Positions 1 to 10,900 of a DNA stretch of 36,650 nt are shown here, piece after piece; position 1 is the stretch's first letter; each line of letters starts with the position of its first letter. The notes under the pieces were generated by a model, which saw only the letters and a program-made list of their open reading frames with translations, ran no database searches and was not told the origin of the DNA. This stretch comes from Chrysochromulina tobinii (lineage: Eukaryota), in NCBI GenBank assembly GCA_001275005.1, contig JWZX01001800.1:1-36650 (forward strand), given 5' to 3'. The translations under genes were made by a program, and so were the position numbers.

Positions 1-5
1 CCGGC

Positions 6-1945
6 ATGGCGCCCGGCACGGGCGAGCCGGGCGCCGGGCCGGGCGCCGTCGGCGCGAGCAGCGACGCGCCCACGACGACGCCGACGAGGCCGCGGCGGCC
101 GCCGCGCACGGGCGTGAACGCAGCCGCCTTGGGCGCCGAAGAGGAGTTGCCTAATATGGACGATGACGACGGTTACGAGAGCTTCAAGACGGCGCTTCCT
201 AATATGGATGAGATCGACTCGATGCCTTCGAGCCCGGGGGCGTTCACACCGGCTGGGCAGCCGTTCACACCCGTGCGGCTGAGCTACGCGGAGCGCGCCG
301 TGCTCGCCTCGCGGCTGGACGGTCCGCAGGCGAACGCGCTGCTGCAGGAGGTGATTGCCACTGATGACCTCTTGATTGCCACTGATGACCTCTTGATTGC
401 CTCGCGGCTGGACGGTCCGCAGGCGAACGCGCTGCTGCAGGAGGTGCGTGAGTGCCACGGAGTGCCACTGAGTGCCACTGAGTGCCACGAATTGCCACGA
501 ATTGCCACTGATTACCTCTTGATTGCCTCCCTCATCAGGTGCAGCAGCGCATGGCGACCGTCGCGCTGCTCCAAGAGGCGCTGGTCAACTCGCTCATGCT
601 CAACGGACCGCTCGGCACGACGCTCGGCCTCGATGCGGACGATGGCGACGAGGAGAGCGGCGGCGGCGACGACGACGACGACGGGAGCGACGGCGAGGCG
701 CTCGATACGACGCTCGTTCGGCGGGGCGCCGAGTTGAGCGGGATCGCGCGCTCGGCTTACTCGCCACTGAAGGAATTGGAGGAGGAGCTGCCTAATTTGG
801 AAGGAGAGGAGTTTCCTAATTCGGTCGCACCGCCGGTCGGCGAGACGAAGACGATGACTCAGCGTCTTCATGAGCGGATCTTGAGCGGCGGACCTCCTTT
901 GCCTAATATGGATGAGCGAATCTTGAGCGGCGGGCCTCCTAATACGGTACCGCATGTCCAATACGGCGCTGCCCAATACGGCGCTGCGCAGCAGGCTGCT
1001 GAATCCCGCGCAGCGGCAGCCGAACGGCGTCCCCACGCGAATGAGGTGGCGGAGGGCGCCGTGATGGGCGGCGGCGCGGAGGCTGAGGGCGCCCTGATGG
1101 GCGCCGGCACGGAGGCGGCGGCGAAGGCGAAGGCGGAGGCGGCGGAGGCGGAGGCGGCACGCGTGGAGGCGCTCGAGACGGCGCGAGCCGCCCTCGCGCG
1201 CAGCGAGCAGCTTGAGGCGGAGGTACCCATGCCCGCCTCCAATGGCCTCTGATTGCCTCTGATTGCCTCTGATTGCCATCTGATTGCGTCCCTCATCAGG
1301 TGGCCTCTATCTGATTGCGTCCCTCATCAGGTGGCCATGCTTCGCTCCGCATACTCGATGGCGGCCTCGACGGCTTCCTCCGCCGCCGACGTGCTGCAAC
1401 TCGAGGCAGAGGTGGCTCTGCTACGCGCGGCAGGCTACGCGTACTCGCAGGCCCCCTCGCAGGCCGCCTCGCAGGCCGCCTCGCAGGCCGCCTCCCGCAG
1501 GCCATCATCTGATTCGGAGACGGCGGAGGCCGTGGCGCCCACGTCGGCGCCCTTGGACGCCGTACACGCCTACGCGCCCACCTCGGCGCCCGCCTTTGCG
1601 CCCGCCTATGCGCCCACCTCGGCGCCCGACTATGCCGAGACGGCGCCCCCCGACCCCCCTCCCGAAGTCCGCAAGTTCAAATCGGGCGCCGAAGCCGCGG
1701 CGGCGGCCCTCGCGGCAGCGAGATCGGGCGCCGCGCCGCTCGTCTCCGCCCCGGGCTCCGAAGTTTCGTTACTGCCGATCAAGTACAAGTCCGGGCGCGA
1801 GGCGGCGCTCGCAGCGCTCGCGGAGGCGCAGCGCAGGCGCGCGCCAGGCGAGACGCCCACTACGGCGCCGGGGGAGGCGCCCGTGACGGCGCCTGGTGAG
1901 GCGCCCGTGACGGCGCCAGCTGGGGAGCCGCCAAGCTTGATTTAG
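6..1945 (+). CDS. Low-complexity Ala/Pro/Glu-rich protein of unknown function, possibly 5'-truncated; exons 6-350, 539-1222, 1331-1945
   Basis: Removing GT-AG introns 351-538 and 1223-1330 (both phase 0, both ending CCCTCATCAG) joins ORFs 6+, 539+ and 1253+ into one frame (LLQE|VQQR, EAE|VAML), ending at TAG 1943-1945. No domain recognised. Confidence 0.6.
351..538 (+). other. Intron containing a 48-bp copy (399-446) of the upstream exon end (306-353), decamer repeats and the type-1 acceptor cassette
   Basis: GT at 351 and GATTGCCTCCCTCATCAG ending at 538; direct repeat read from the sequence. Confidence 0.75.
1223..1330 (+). other. Intron with tandem type-1 acceptor cassettes
   Basis: GTACCC at 1223. 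CTGATTGCGTCCCTCATCAG|GTGGCC occurs twice, with the AG ending at 1299 and 1330. Confidence 0.7.
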
Positions 1946-2337
1946 CTGCCGCGAAGAGCGAGAGCAGGGGAGCCAAAGGTCGTGTCAAAAAGTCGCCGTC
2001 AGGCCCGTGTGGGGAAATCGAGTAGTCTGTCCAGAGCACGACCACCAACGGTGAGAAGCCCCGTTCAGCATGCCCGTCAGTCAGCAATCCGTCAGTCAAT
2101 CCGGGGAGGGAACGTGGGGCATGCCTGGCCATTAAATTGTTGAGCATGCTGTTCATGTCTCAGTCGATTGAATTTTGGACAGCATAAACAATTCGAAGTG
2201 GTCGGAATCCGACCCTATTAAATTACGCTTTACACGGAGGATCGAACATTATTTACAGTGCGCGTATAAAGTAACTGAAAACTCGTTAGATACTGCCGCC
2301 CTCAAAGAGTCCACTTTAGATTGCACCGGAGATTGTC

Positions 2338-5300
2338 TCAGGGCATTGCACGCCTCCGACGCTGCAGCGGCCTCGTCGCCGTCACCTCAAGCGCGACCTC
2401 CACCTTGCGCTTGCCACCCTTATTGCCACTTAGCATGGCGCCGCCCTCGCGCCTCGGAGGGGTGAGGGACACCTCGTCGCCGCGCAGCCAGATCACGTCG
2501 ACGGTGCTCGGCACGGTGCTCAGCAGCGCGCGCAGCCAGTCGTCGCGTCGCACGCTCCCGCGCCGCAAGCACGAGATATTGCACCCGTGCACAGGGCACA
2601 CACTGCTCCGCGCCTGGCACGACTGGTGGCGCCGACTCTCCTCGAGAGCCGTGAGGTTGCACCGGCTCAGATGCATGCAGCCCTCGAGCGTGGCGGGGTC
2701 GATCAGCCGCTGGTGCGAGAGTACGCACTGTAGCCTCAGCTGCTCCCACTCGACCTGCACCTCGAGCAGCGCCTCGTCCTCGTCCTCGTCCGACTCCATT
2801 GCCTGCGCCACGGCTGGTATCGCGCGCACCTCACGGCACTCCTCGTCCTCCTCCTCCTCCTCCTCGTCCTCGGTGGGCGTGAGCTCGAGCTTGACCTCGC
2901 CGTCCTCATCGTCGACCTCGCCATCGGGCTCGCCAACCTCGTCGTCCTCGTCGTCCTCGTCGTCTTCCTCGTCCTGCTCGTCGCTGCTCTCGTCGTTCTC
3001 GTCGCACTCATCGACATGCCCGGCGCCCTCAGCCTCTGCAGCCGCTTCGCCGCCGCGGGCCATGTGCTTTGCATATGCGACGGCGGCCTCGACGGCGGTG
3101 GCGAAGTATCCAAGAGAGACAAGTCGCTCATCACGCTTGTATCTGGCCTGGAAGGGCTTAGCTGGAGGCTGCCCTGATGAATAATTTGGAATGCGGTACA
3201 CGCTACGGTAGCCCGTGTTCGAGCGAGGTGAGAGATGCAGCCGGAGCCCCTCAGCCTCGGTGACCATGCCTGCTGCATCTGCCTCCCCGGCAGATTCGCC
3301 GTCGCGGGCCATGTGCCTGGCATACGCGACGGCGGCCTCGACGGCGGTGGCGAAGTATCCAAGAGAGACAAGTCGCTCATCACGCTCGTATTGGACCTGG
3401 AAGGGCTTAGCCCGAGGCTGCCCTGATGGATAATTTGGCATGCGGCGCACGCGAAGGTAGCCCGAGTTCGAGAGAGGTGAAAGATGCAGCCGGAGCCCCT
3501 CAGCCTCGGTGACCATCCCTGCTGCATCTGGCGTCAGTTCGACTCCATCCTCCTCCTCCTCCTCGCGTTCCTCGAGAGGCCCTTCTTCTTCTGCACCGCC
3601 CTCTTCGTCCCAAGCGCCGTCCCAAGCGCCGTCCCCAACGGCAGCCCGGCTGCGGCTTCGCTGCTTTGCAATCGCCACCTGCGACACCGGCTTGAGGCCT
3701 TCCAAGACGCGAGACGAAGGCCGCCGCTCGCGTGCACCTCTTACCAGCGTAGGAATTTGATGCAGGCCAGCATGCTTGTCCGGTAGGGTGCAGCCAAACG
3801 TACCACACTCGTCCCTGTCCTCGTCACTGTCCTCGTCCTCGCACTCATCACACTCATGCGCGACGTTGCTGGCGTGGACCGGAATGCCACGCGGCACTTG
3901 GTCCGCAGCGTCCTTGGCTGCGCCTTGTTCGCTCTGTGCCTCCTGCTCGTCGTCGTGCTCGACGCCCTCCGCCTCTGCAGCTGCTTCGCCGTCGTGGGCC
4001 ACGTGCATGGCATATGCGACGGCGGCCTCGACGGCGGTGGCGAAGTGTCCGAGAGAGACATTTCGCCCATCACGCCTGTATTGGACCTGGAAGGGCTTAG
4101 CCCGAGGCTGCCCTGATGGATTATTTGGCCTGCGGTGCACGCGTCGGTAGCCCGTGCTCGAGTTACGTGAGAGATGCAGCCGAAGCCCCTCAGCCTCAGT
4201 GACCATGCCTGCTGCATCTGCTTCCCGAGCTGCTTCGCCGTCGCGGGCTATGTGCCTTGCATACGCGACGGCGGCCTCGACGGCGGTGGTGAAGCATCCG
4301 AGAGAGACATGTCGCCCATCACGCTTGTATTTGGCCTGGAAGGGCTTAGCTGGAGGCTGCCCTGATGGATTATTTGGCAAGCGGATCACGTGAAGGTAGC
4401 CCGTGTTCGACTGAGGTGAGAGATGCAGCCGGAGCCCCTCAGCCTCGGTGACCATGTCTGCCCCAACCTCCGCCAGGTCACAAGCCTCCACGCCAGCGTC
4501 GCCCTCAGGTTCGAGAGACTCATCACGCTCAAGCGCGACGTTGCTGGCGTTGAACGGAATGCCGCGCGGCACTCGTTCCGCAGCGTCCTTGGCTGTGCCT
4601 TGTTCGCTCTGTGCCTCCTGCTCGTCGTCATGCCCGGCGCCCTCCGCCTCTGCTGCCGCTTCGCCGTCGCGGGCCATGTGCTTGGCATATGCGACGGCGG
4701 CCTCGATGGCGGTGGCGAAGCATCCGAGAGAGACACTTCGCCCATCACGCCTGTATTCGGCCCGGAAGGGCTTAGCCCGAGGCTGCCCTGATGGATCATT
4801 TGGCTCGCGGCGCACGCGAAGGTAGCCTGTGCTCGAGCGAGGAGAGAGATGCAGCCGAAGCCCCTCAGCCTCGGTGACCATCACTGCTCTTGCATCTGCC
4901 TCCCCAGCCTCAGCCTCTGCAGCCGCTTCGCCGTCGCGGGCCATGTGCTTTGCATACGCGACGGCGGCCTCGACGGCCGTGGCGAAGTATCCGAGAGACA
5001 CACTTCGCCCATCATGCCTGTATTCGGCCCGGAAGGGCTTAGCCCGAGGCTGCCCTGATGGATAATTTGGCTCGCGGCGCACGCTACGGTAGCCCGTGTT
5101 CGAGCGAGGTGAGAGATGCAGCCGGAGCCCCTCAGCCTCGGTGACCATGTCTCCCCCAACCTCCTCCTGGTCATCAGCCTCCACGCCGGCGTCACCCTCG
5201 GGTTCAAGAGACTCATCACGCTCAAGCGCGACGTTGCTGGCGTTGAACGGAATGCCGCGCGGCACTCGGCCCGCAGCGTCCTTGGCTGTGCCTTGTTCGC

Positions 5301-5748
5301 TCTGTGCCTCCTGCTCGTCGTCATGCCCGGCGCCCTCCGCCTTCCCAGCTAGGGTTAGCCCCAGCTGCCCTTCGCTTTCGCGGGCTATGTGCCTGGCATA
5401 CGCGACGGCGGCCTCGACGGCGGTCGCAAAGCATCCGAGAGAGACATCCCGCCCAGGCTCCAGCACACGCGTGTATCCGGCCTGGAAGGGCTTATCCCAG
5501 GGCTGCCCTGATGGATCATTATGACAATTTGGCCTGCGGAACACGCCAAGGTAGCCCGTGTTCGAGTGAGGTGAGAGATGCAGCCGGAGCCCCTCAGCCT
5601 CGGTGAGCACCATGTCTGCCCCAACCTCCTCCTGGTCATCAGCCTCCACGCCGGCGTCGCCCTCAGGTTCGAGATACTCATCACGCTCAAGCGCGACGTT
5701 GCTGGCGTGGACCGGAATGCCGCGCGGCACTCGTTCCGCAGCTTGCAT
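2338..5748 (-). CDS. Intronless protein with seven AP2/ERF-like DNA-binding repeats and a C-terminal SP-RING (zf-MIZ)-like finger
   Basis: Seven copies of LRLHLSxxSxTGYxxV...KPFxAxY...VSLGxFATAVEAAVAYA, resembling the AP2 GV...LG.F.T..EAA.AY signature. C-terminal LQCVLSHQRLIDPATLEGCMHLSRCN...CPVHGC follows the SP-RING pattern. First ATG at 5748; the ORF track start at 5772 is TTG. Confidence 0.8.
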   Translation of the reverse strand: MQAAERVPRGIPVHASNVALERDEYLEPEGDAGVEADDQEEVGADMVLTEAEGLRLHLSPHSNTGYLGVFRRPNCHNDPSGQPWDKPFQAGYTRVLEPGRDVSLGCFATAVEAAVAYARHIARESEGQLGLTLAGKAEGAGHDDEQEAQSEQGTAKDAAGRVPRGIPFNASNVALERDESLEPEGDAGVEADDQEEVGGDMVTEAEGLRLHLSPRSNTGYRSVRREPNYPSGQPRAKPFRAEYRHDGRSVSLGYFATAVEAAVAYAKHMARDGEAAAEAEAGEADARAVMVTEAEGLRLHLSPRSSTGYLRVRREPNDPSGQPRAKPFRAEYRRDGRSVSLGCFATAIEAAVAYAKHMARDGEAAAEAEGAGHDDEQEAQSEQGTAKDAAERVPRGIPFNASNVALERDESLEPEGDAGVEACDLAEVGADMVTEAEGLRLHLSPQSNTGYLHVIRLPNNPSGQPPAKPFQAKYKRDGRHVSLGCFTTAVEAAVAYARHIARDGEAAREADAAGMVTEAEGLRLHLSRNSSTGYRRVHRRPNNPSGQPRAKPFQVQYRRDGRNVSLGHFATAVEAAVAYAMHVAHDGEAAAEAEGVEHDDEQEAQSEQGAAKDAADQVPRGIPVHASNVAHECDECEDEDSDEDRDECGTFGCTLPDKHAGLHQIPTLVRGARERRPSSRVLEGLKPVSQVAIAKQRSRSRAAVGDGAWDGAWDEEGGAEEEGPLEEREEEEEDGVELTPDAAGMVTEAEGLRLHLSPLSNSGYLRVRRMPNYPSGQPRAKPFQVQYERDERLVSLGYFATAVEAAVAYARHMARDGESAGEADAAGMVTEAEGLRLHLSPRSNTGYRSVYRIPNYSSGQPPAKPFQARYKRDERLVSLGYFATAVEAAVAYAKHMARGGEAAAEAEGAGHVDECDENDESSDEQDEEDDEDDEDDEVGEPDGEVDDEDGEVKLELTPTEDEEEEEEDEECREVRAIPAVAQAMESDEDEDEALLEVQVEWEQLRLQCVLSHQRLIDPATLEGCMHLSRCNLTALEESRRHQSCQARSSVCPVHGCNISCLRRGSVRRDDWLRALLSTVPSTVDVIWLRGDEVSLTPPRREGGAMLSGNKGGKRKVEVALEVTATRPLQRRRRAMP
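3020..5745 (-). repeat. Internal modular duplications (AP2 module and VPRGIPxxASNVA linker module) within the AP2 gene
   Basis: Near-identical nucleotide blocks, e.g. GAGATGCAGCCG(G/A)AGCCCCTCAGCCTC recurring for each AP2 unit; the linker module occurs four times. Confidence 0.85.
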
Positions 5749-5934
5749 GGCTGTTCCACGCGCTTTTCCCAAGTTTCACTCCACCATTCCTAATGCGACT
5801 GCATGCAACTAGTCGAGAATGAAGGAAAAACGAGTATATTCCAGCGCCGTACCGGTTTTTCGTCTTCCCGGTCCGGAGTTTGTGCGAATTTTGTGTTTCA
5901 CAGCTGCCCAGGCTTCGGCGAAGCTGCTGTGCCG

Positions 5935-6588
5935 ATGATGCTCGCTGTAGCTCCAACCATCGCCATGGCCTGGGTGATCCGCGTCGCAGCGCCGCACGAG
6001 CTCGCACGCGTTGCCGAACTTCAGTTTGACACGTTTGCGCCGCCGCCCGAGCCGCCCGCTCTTTTGCCGCTTTTAGCCTCCTTTTACGAGCGTGGTCAAG
6101 CGTCCGTACGAGGCAACATGCTACGCAAGCTGATGGATGAGCTGAACTCGCGCATAGACACGGGCTCGGACGTGTTTGTGGCGGCGGAGGCGGACGACGA
6201 TGCTCTTCCGAGCGGCGGCGTGGACGAGAGTGGACGATACGTAGAAAAGGGGGCTCCACTCCTCGGCACGGTGGACCTGTCGCAGCAGGAGATGCAGCTG
6301 CCCACCCATGGCATCGCCGAGGGGCTGTACATGAGCTGCATGGCCGTCGCGCCGGCCGCACGCCGCCGTGGCATCGCTCGTGCTCTGCTGGCGGCGAGCG
6401 AGGCGCGCGCGCTCGAGCGCGGCGAGTCGATGCTTTGGCTCCACGTCGAAGCTGGCAACCACGCCGCGATCTCGCTGTACGAGCGCGAGGGCTTCTTGCG
6501 CCAGCCCGACACGCCGCTGTTCCAGGGCTTCGCACGTGCGCTCAACCTGCAGGAGCAGCCGTTGTTGTTCAAGAAGGAGATTGGGTGA
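5935..6588 (+). CDS. GNAT (RimI-like) N-acetyltransferase
   Basis: YMSCMAVAPAARRRGIARALL (acetyl-CoA motif A) and LWLHVEAGNHAAISLYEREGF (motif B). Start uncertain (ATG 5935, or 5803). Divergent from the AP2 gene. Confidence 0.85.
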   Translation: MMLAVAPTIAMAWVIRVAAPHELARVAELQFDTFAPPPEPPALLPLLASFYERGQASVRGNMLRKLMDELNSRIDTGSDVFVAAEADDDALPSGGVDESGRYVEKGAPLLGTVDLSQQEMQLPTHGIAEGLYMSCMAVAPAARRRGIARALLAASEARALERGESMLWLHVEAGNHAAISLYEREGFLRQPDTPLFQGFARALNLQEQPLLFKKEIG

Positions 6589-6966
6589 CATAGCCGTCGT
6601 GACGAGCCTTGTGGGCCAAGCTGCGGACGAGAGAGGGACAATACACTGCTTAAAAACACACGTTACCCTCACCCAAACCGTACATGTGACTAGCTCAGAG
6701 TATAGTACAGCCGGTATAGTCGTTATACTTGTGGGGGCCGCACTTAGGAGGGTCGCAAACGAACCACCCGCCCTGCCAAGGGGGAGTTGGCAGTTGCGCG
6801 AGTTGCTTCTCTAGCCGCCAGATGAAGGTCGCCCGCCTCGTAAGGTACGGTCCGGTGAGACAAAAGAAAACTTTTCTACAGCCGGTACAGTGATACCCTA
6901 CCTTTTATCACAGACACTCTCAAGACTCCCCCCAAATCGTCATTCACACCGCACTTCACGGTATCC

Positions 6967-7731
6967 ATGTTGTGTGGCGTAGCGCTGCTTGCGCTCCTGC
7001 CCATCGCCGCTGGGCTATGTGAGGACGCCCATACGGACACCGATAGGGCGAGCTGTGCATCATGGGCGAAAGGCGGCGAGTGCGACCGTAATCCTGACTA
7101 CATGCGGCTGAACTGCGCTGCGTCATGTGGTTTCTGTTCCACACCTCCGTCAACTTCTGCTGGACACTCTTCGACTACGAGTATACCCATCGAACCGCTG
7201 CTTGCGAAGCTGAAGACGGCGCGTGCTTGGCCGCCGGCACAGCTAGCAAGTCTGCGCGCAGCCTTGGACCCAGATGGCGATGGGCTTGTCGACGCTGAGG
7301 ATTGGATGACGCTGACTGGAAGCGCGCATGCTTCTGGGAGCATGCAACCAGAACGCTCACTGGGAGCATGCGCCGAGGCCGCATCGCCCGTGACGAGGAC
7401 GCCAAGCTCTTCGGCGCATCCCTCCTCCTCCTCCTCGCCGCTGCCAGGCGACGGTGCGCTCTCGACTCGTGTGGCCGAGCGAATGCCTACGTTCGTTCTG
7501 AGTAAGACGCCGCCGAAGGTCGGGGCCGAAGACCTGTACTACGTCCTCCGAGCGGAGGTGGGCTCCGCCCTCGATGCGCACGCGGAGGACGTGTTCGAAA
7601 AGTGCGCCTCGCGCTGCCTGCAGAGCGATGAGTGCTGGATGATCTCGATCTCCCCACAGGCGGGCGGGCGCCCAAATAGGAACTGTTGCATGCATACCAA
7701 GTTGTGGGGTTTCACGAGCGTGACCGTGTAG
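6967..7731 (+). CDS. Predicted secreted protein with ShKT domain, EF-hand-like loop and Cys-rich (PAN/apple-like) C-terminus
   Basis: Hydrophobic N-terminus MLCGVALLALLPIAAG; six-Cys ShKT pattern CED...CASWAKGGECDRNPDYMRLNCAASCGFC; DPDGDGLVDAED loop; CASRCLQSDEC...CCMH. Confidence 0.75.
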   Translation: MLCGVALLALLPIAAGLCEDAHTDTDRASCASWAKGGECDRNPDYMRLNCAASCGFCSTPPSTSAGHSSTTSIPIEPLLAKLKTARAWPPAQLASLRAALDPDGDGLVDAEDWMTLTGSAHASGSMQPERSLGACAEAASPVTRTPSSSAHPSSSSSPLPGDGALSTRVAERMPTFVLSKTPPKVGAEDLYYVLRAEVGSALDAHAEDVFEKCASRCLQSDECWMISISPQAGGRPNRNCCMHTKLWGFTSVTV

Positions 7732-7998
7732 AGATTCCGGATTATTCGGGTTGTAAACGACTTGTCCGGCGGCTGCCAAGTCGCGCGGCGGCGCGGCAAG
7801 GTCAACACACGAGCCGAACATTGGAGCCGAACTAGTGCGCGTTTGCACATCGGCGCGCCCGCGCGCGCCGCAGCCCGCACTGAGCTCTCGCGTGTGTCGA
7901 CGCGTCGTGGTGGTTGCTGGTTCCGAGACTGCTTACCACGTACAATTGGTCTAGATGCAATCGGCTCCTTACTTGCCCAAAAAGGATCGCTTCACACA

Positions 7999-10900
7999 AT
8001 GGGCGCATGCGCGAGTAAGGAGCCGACTGATGCTAGTCCTGTGGATGTCCGACTGGACCCGGAACCACCAGCTCGAGCAGAGAGTCCGCCGCATCTGAAC
8101 GTCGAGTGGCCTCCAGGGACTGCGAGCACTTGCAAGCAACATCAGCACACCTCTGAGATGCTTGCGAGCGCTGCTCCGGTGGCCGCCAAAGGCGACGCTA
8201 GATGTACGAGCGCTACTCTGCCGTCGCTGAATTCAGCGGCTGATGAAGTCGAAACGCGAGCACCTGCAACTGCGCAGTCGCCTATTTCAGTGGCCGGCGC
8301 AGATGACGATGCAGGTGCAAGCCCTCCTCTGCCTCTGCTCGATCCGGCTGCCGAAGTCGATACGCTAGCAATTGCATCTCCATCGGCCACCGCAGACGAC
8401 GATCCATGTACAACCAACGCTGCTATGCCATCGCTCGATCCAGCAGCTGCCGAAGGCGAGACGCTAGCATCTCGAGACACTATGACTACGCCCACGAAAA
8501 GGAGCTCCAGTGGCAATCAGTCGCAATCAGAGGCCATCAGAGGCAATCAGTGGCAATCAGTGGCAATCAGCACGAAAAGGAGCTCCAGTGGCAATCAGTC
8601 GCAATCAGAGGCCATCAGTGGCCATCAGTGGCAATCAGTGGCAATCAGCACGAAAAGGAGCTCCAGTCAGTTCGCCAGTCCTAGGGTTTCCTTGGCTACT
8701 GCGCAAGTACCTATTCTAGCCACGGGCACCCGTGACTCCCAGCCCACGCCTCCCATGCGCACAAAGTGCTACTCGAAATCAGCCGCGGATTGGGCCGCGG
8801 CACGGGCGCAAACGCCCACACCGGAGATGAAGCTCGTCATCGAGACCGTGCCTGCAGCGTCGCCGCACACGCCGCCAGCTGCGGCTGCCAAGCCGCTGCC
8901 ACATCATCCATCCATCGTAGCGACGCGTGCCCCACCCGTGAGCAGCCCAGCTGCTGGGAGCGTGTGGAATGCCCCACCCGTGAGCAGCCCAGCTGCTGGG
9001 AGCGTGAGCAGCCCAGCTGCTGGGAGCGTGAGCAGCCCAGCTGCTGGGAGCGTGTGGAATGAGTTCCTGGAGGCGTCCGAGATGCAGCCGGCCATGGCTG
9101 CGATTGCGGCGCTGCGAGCTCACTTTGAGATTTCGGATCGAATCCGTGGCCTAGAGGTGATTGAGGCACTCATCACGCGGGCTGAAACGACCATGCCCGC
9201 TCGGGTGAAGGAGATGATGCGTGCCCTGGTGCGCCAGCTGATGGCCTCTGATGGCCTCTGATTGCAACTGATTGCCACTGAGTGCGTCCCTCATCAGGTG
9301 CGCCAGCTGATGGCCTCTGATGGCCTCTGATTGCGACTGATTGCCACTGAGTGCGTCCCTCATCAGGTGCGCCAGCGAGAGCGACGCAAGGCGGCGCCGC
9401 CCGCCGCGGGCAAGCCACCGCTCGTCGTCGTCATCAGTGGCGCGGGGCCTGTCGGCCTACGCTGCGCAGTCGAGTGCGCTCTCTATGGGATTGCCACTGA
9501 TTGCCACTGATTGCCACTGATTGCCACTGATTGCCACTGATTGCATCCCTCATCAGGTGCGCTCTCTATGGGATTGCCTCTGATTGCCACTGATTGCCAC
9601 TGATTGCCACTGATTGCATCCCTCATCAGGTGCGCTCTCTATGGGATGAGTGTTACCGTGATCGAGCTACGCCTCACCTTTAGCCGCGTCAACATCCTCA
9701 CGCTCTGGCCGCAGACGGCGGACGACCTCATGGGTCTTGGAGCCAAACTCTTCTACCCCAAGTTCACCAACCATGGCGACCTGCTGCACATGGGCACGCG
9801 AGAGATCCAGTTGGCGCTCTTTAAGACGGGATTGCTCCTCGGGATCCGTTTCCTGAACGGGGCGGAGCTCGTCGCCGTGCAGGCCCCCACACGCAATATT
9901 GGTTCGAAGACGCACTGGCTGGCATGGGCGCGTGACAAGACCGCCGGGCAGCAGCACATACGGGCAGCCGCCACGCCCCCAGCCCCGCCCATCCCTAGTA
10001 TGGATCGATCCATCCACTCGAGCCTTTCCATATTAGGGACGAGCGCCGATGTGGTCGAGGCGGCAGGTCACCAGCCCGGCGCTGATGGCCTCTGATGGCC
10101 TCTGATTGCGTCCGATGGCGTCTGATTGCCACTGATTGCGTCCCTCATCAGGTCAACAGCTCAGCGCCCGTGATGGCGCCCGTGCGTCCCCGGGCACCTC
10201 CGCTGAGCAGTTGGCGCCCTTGCCCAGCAAGCTCAAGCTCCCACAGCAAGCTCCCACAGCAAGCTCCCACAGCAAGCTCAAAATCCCACAGCTCTTTCAG
10301 GACTCGCAGCCGCTCGTCACTCCCGTCGACCCTCGTACAGCCGCTTTGGCACGCGCTGCCACGGGCGCCTTGTCACGCGCCGATCAGCGCTCGCGCCAAC
10401 CCGCCGCCAAACCTCCGTCGATGGGCAGCTGTGCGAGCAGTCACATCGCGACCAGCGGTTGTGGTGGCAGTGGGCGCGCGCATGGCGTCGCGAGTGGCAA
10501 CGCGCTCGACTCGACTCTCGACCCACGCCTCAAGGCCGCCCTCGACTCGACGCTCGACCCACGCCTCAAGGCCGCCCTCGACTTCAAAGAGGACAAGACT
10601 GCCACGTACACGCGCGGCGCGCTACAGGGAGTGTGCAACACGATGGCGATGGCCGAGGTGATGCGCGGCTTTGTGCTGCCGGGTGCCTCCCATCCTCCAG
10701 ACGACGTGCGCCGGCTGCACTTTGACGAACCTCGTGATTGCGATGGATTGCGATGGATTGCGACTGATTGCCTCCCTCATCAGGTGCGACGGTTACACTT
10801 TGATGCTCTCGTGATTGCCGAGGGCGAATGGAGTACGACCTGCAGCCTGCTGGGCATCACCAAAGCGGTCGACAAGTTTGCCACCGCCATCGGCCTCATA

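Noticed and set aside
2321..3184. 287-aa Ser-rich ORF and other antisense or alternate-frame ORFs throughout
   Set aside because: Shadow ORFs opposite real genes in GC-rich DNA; no recognisable domains.
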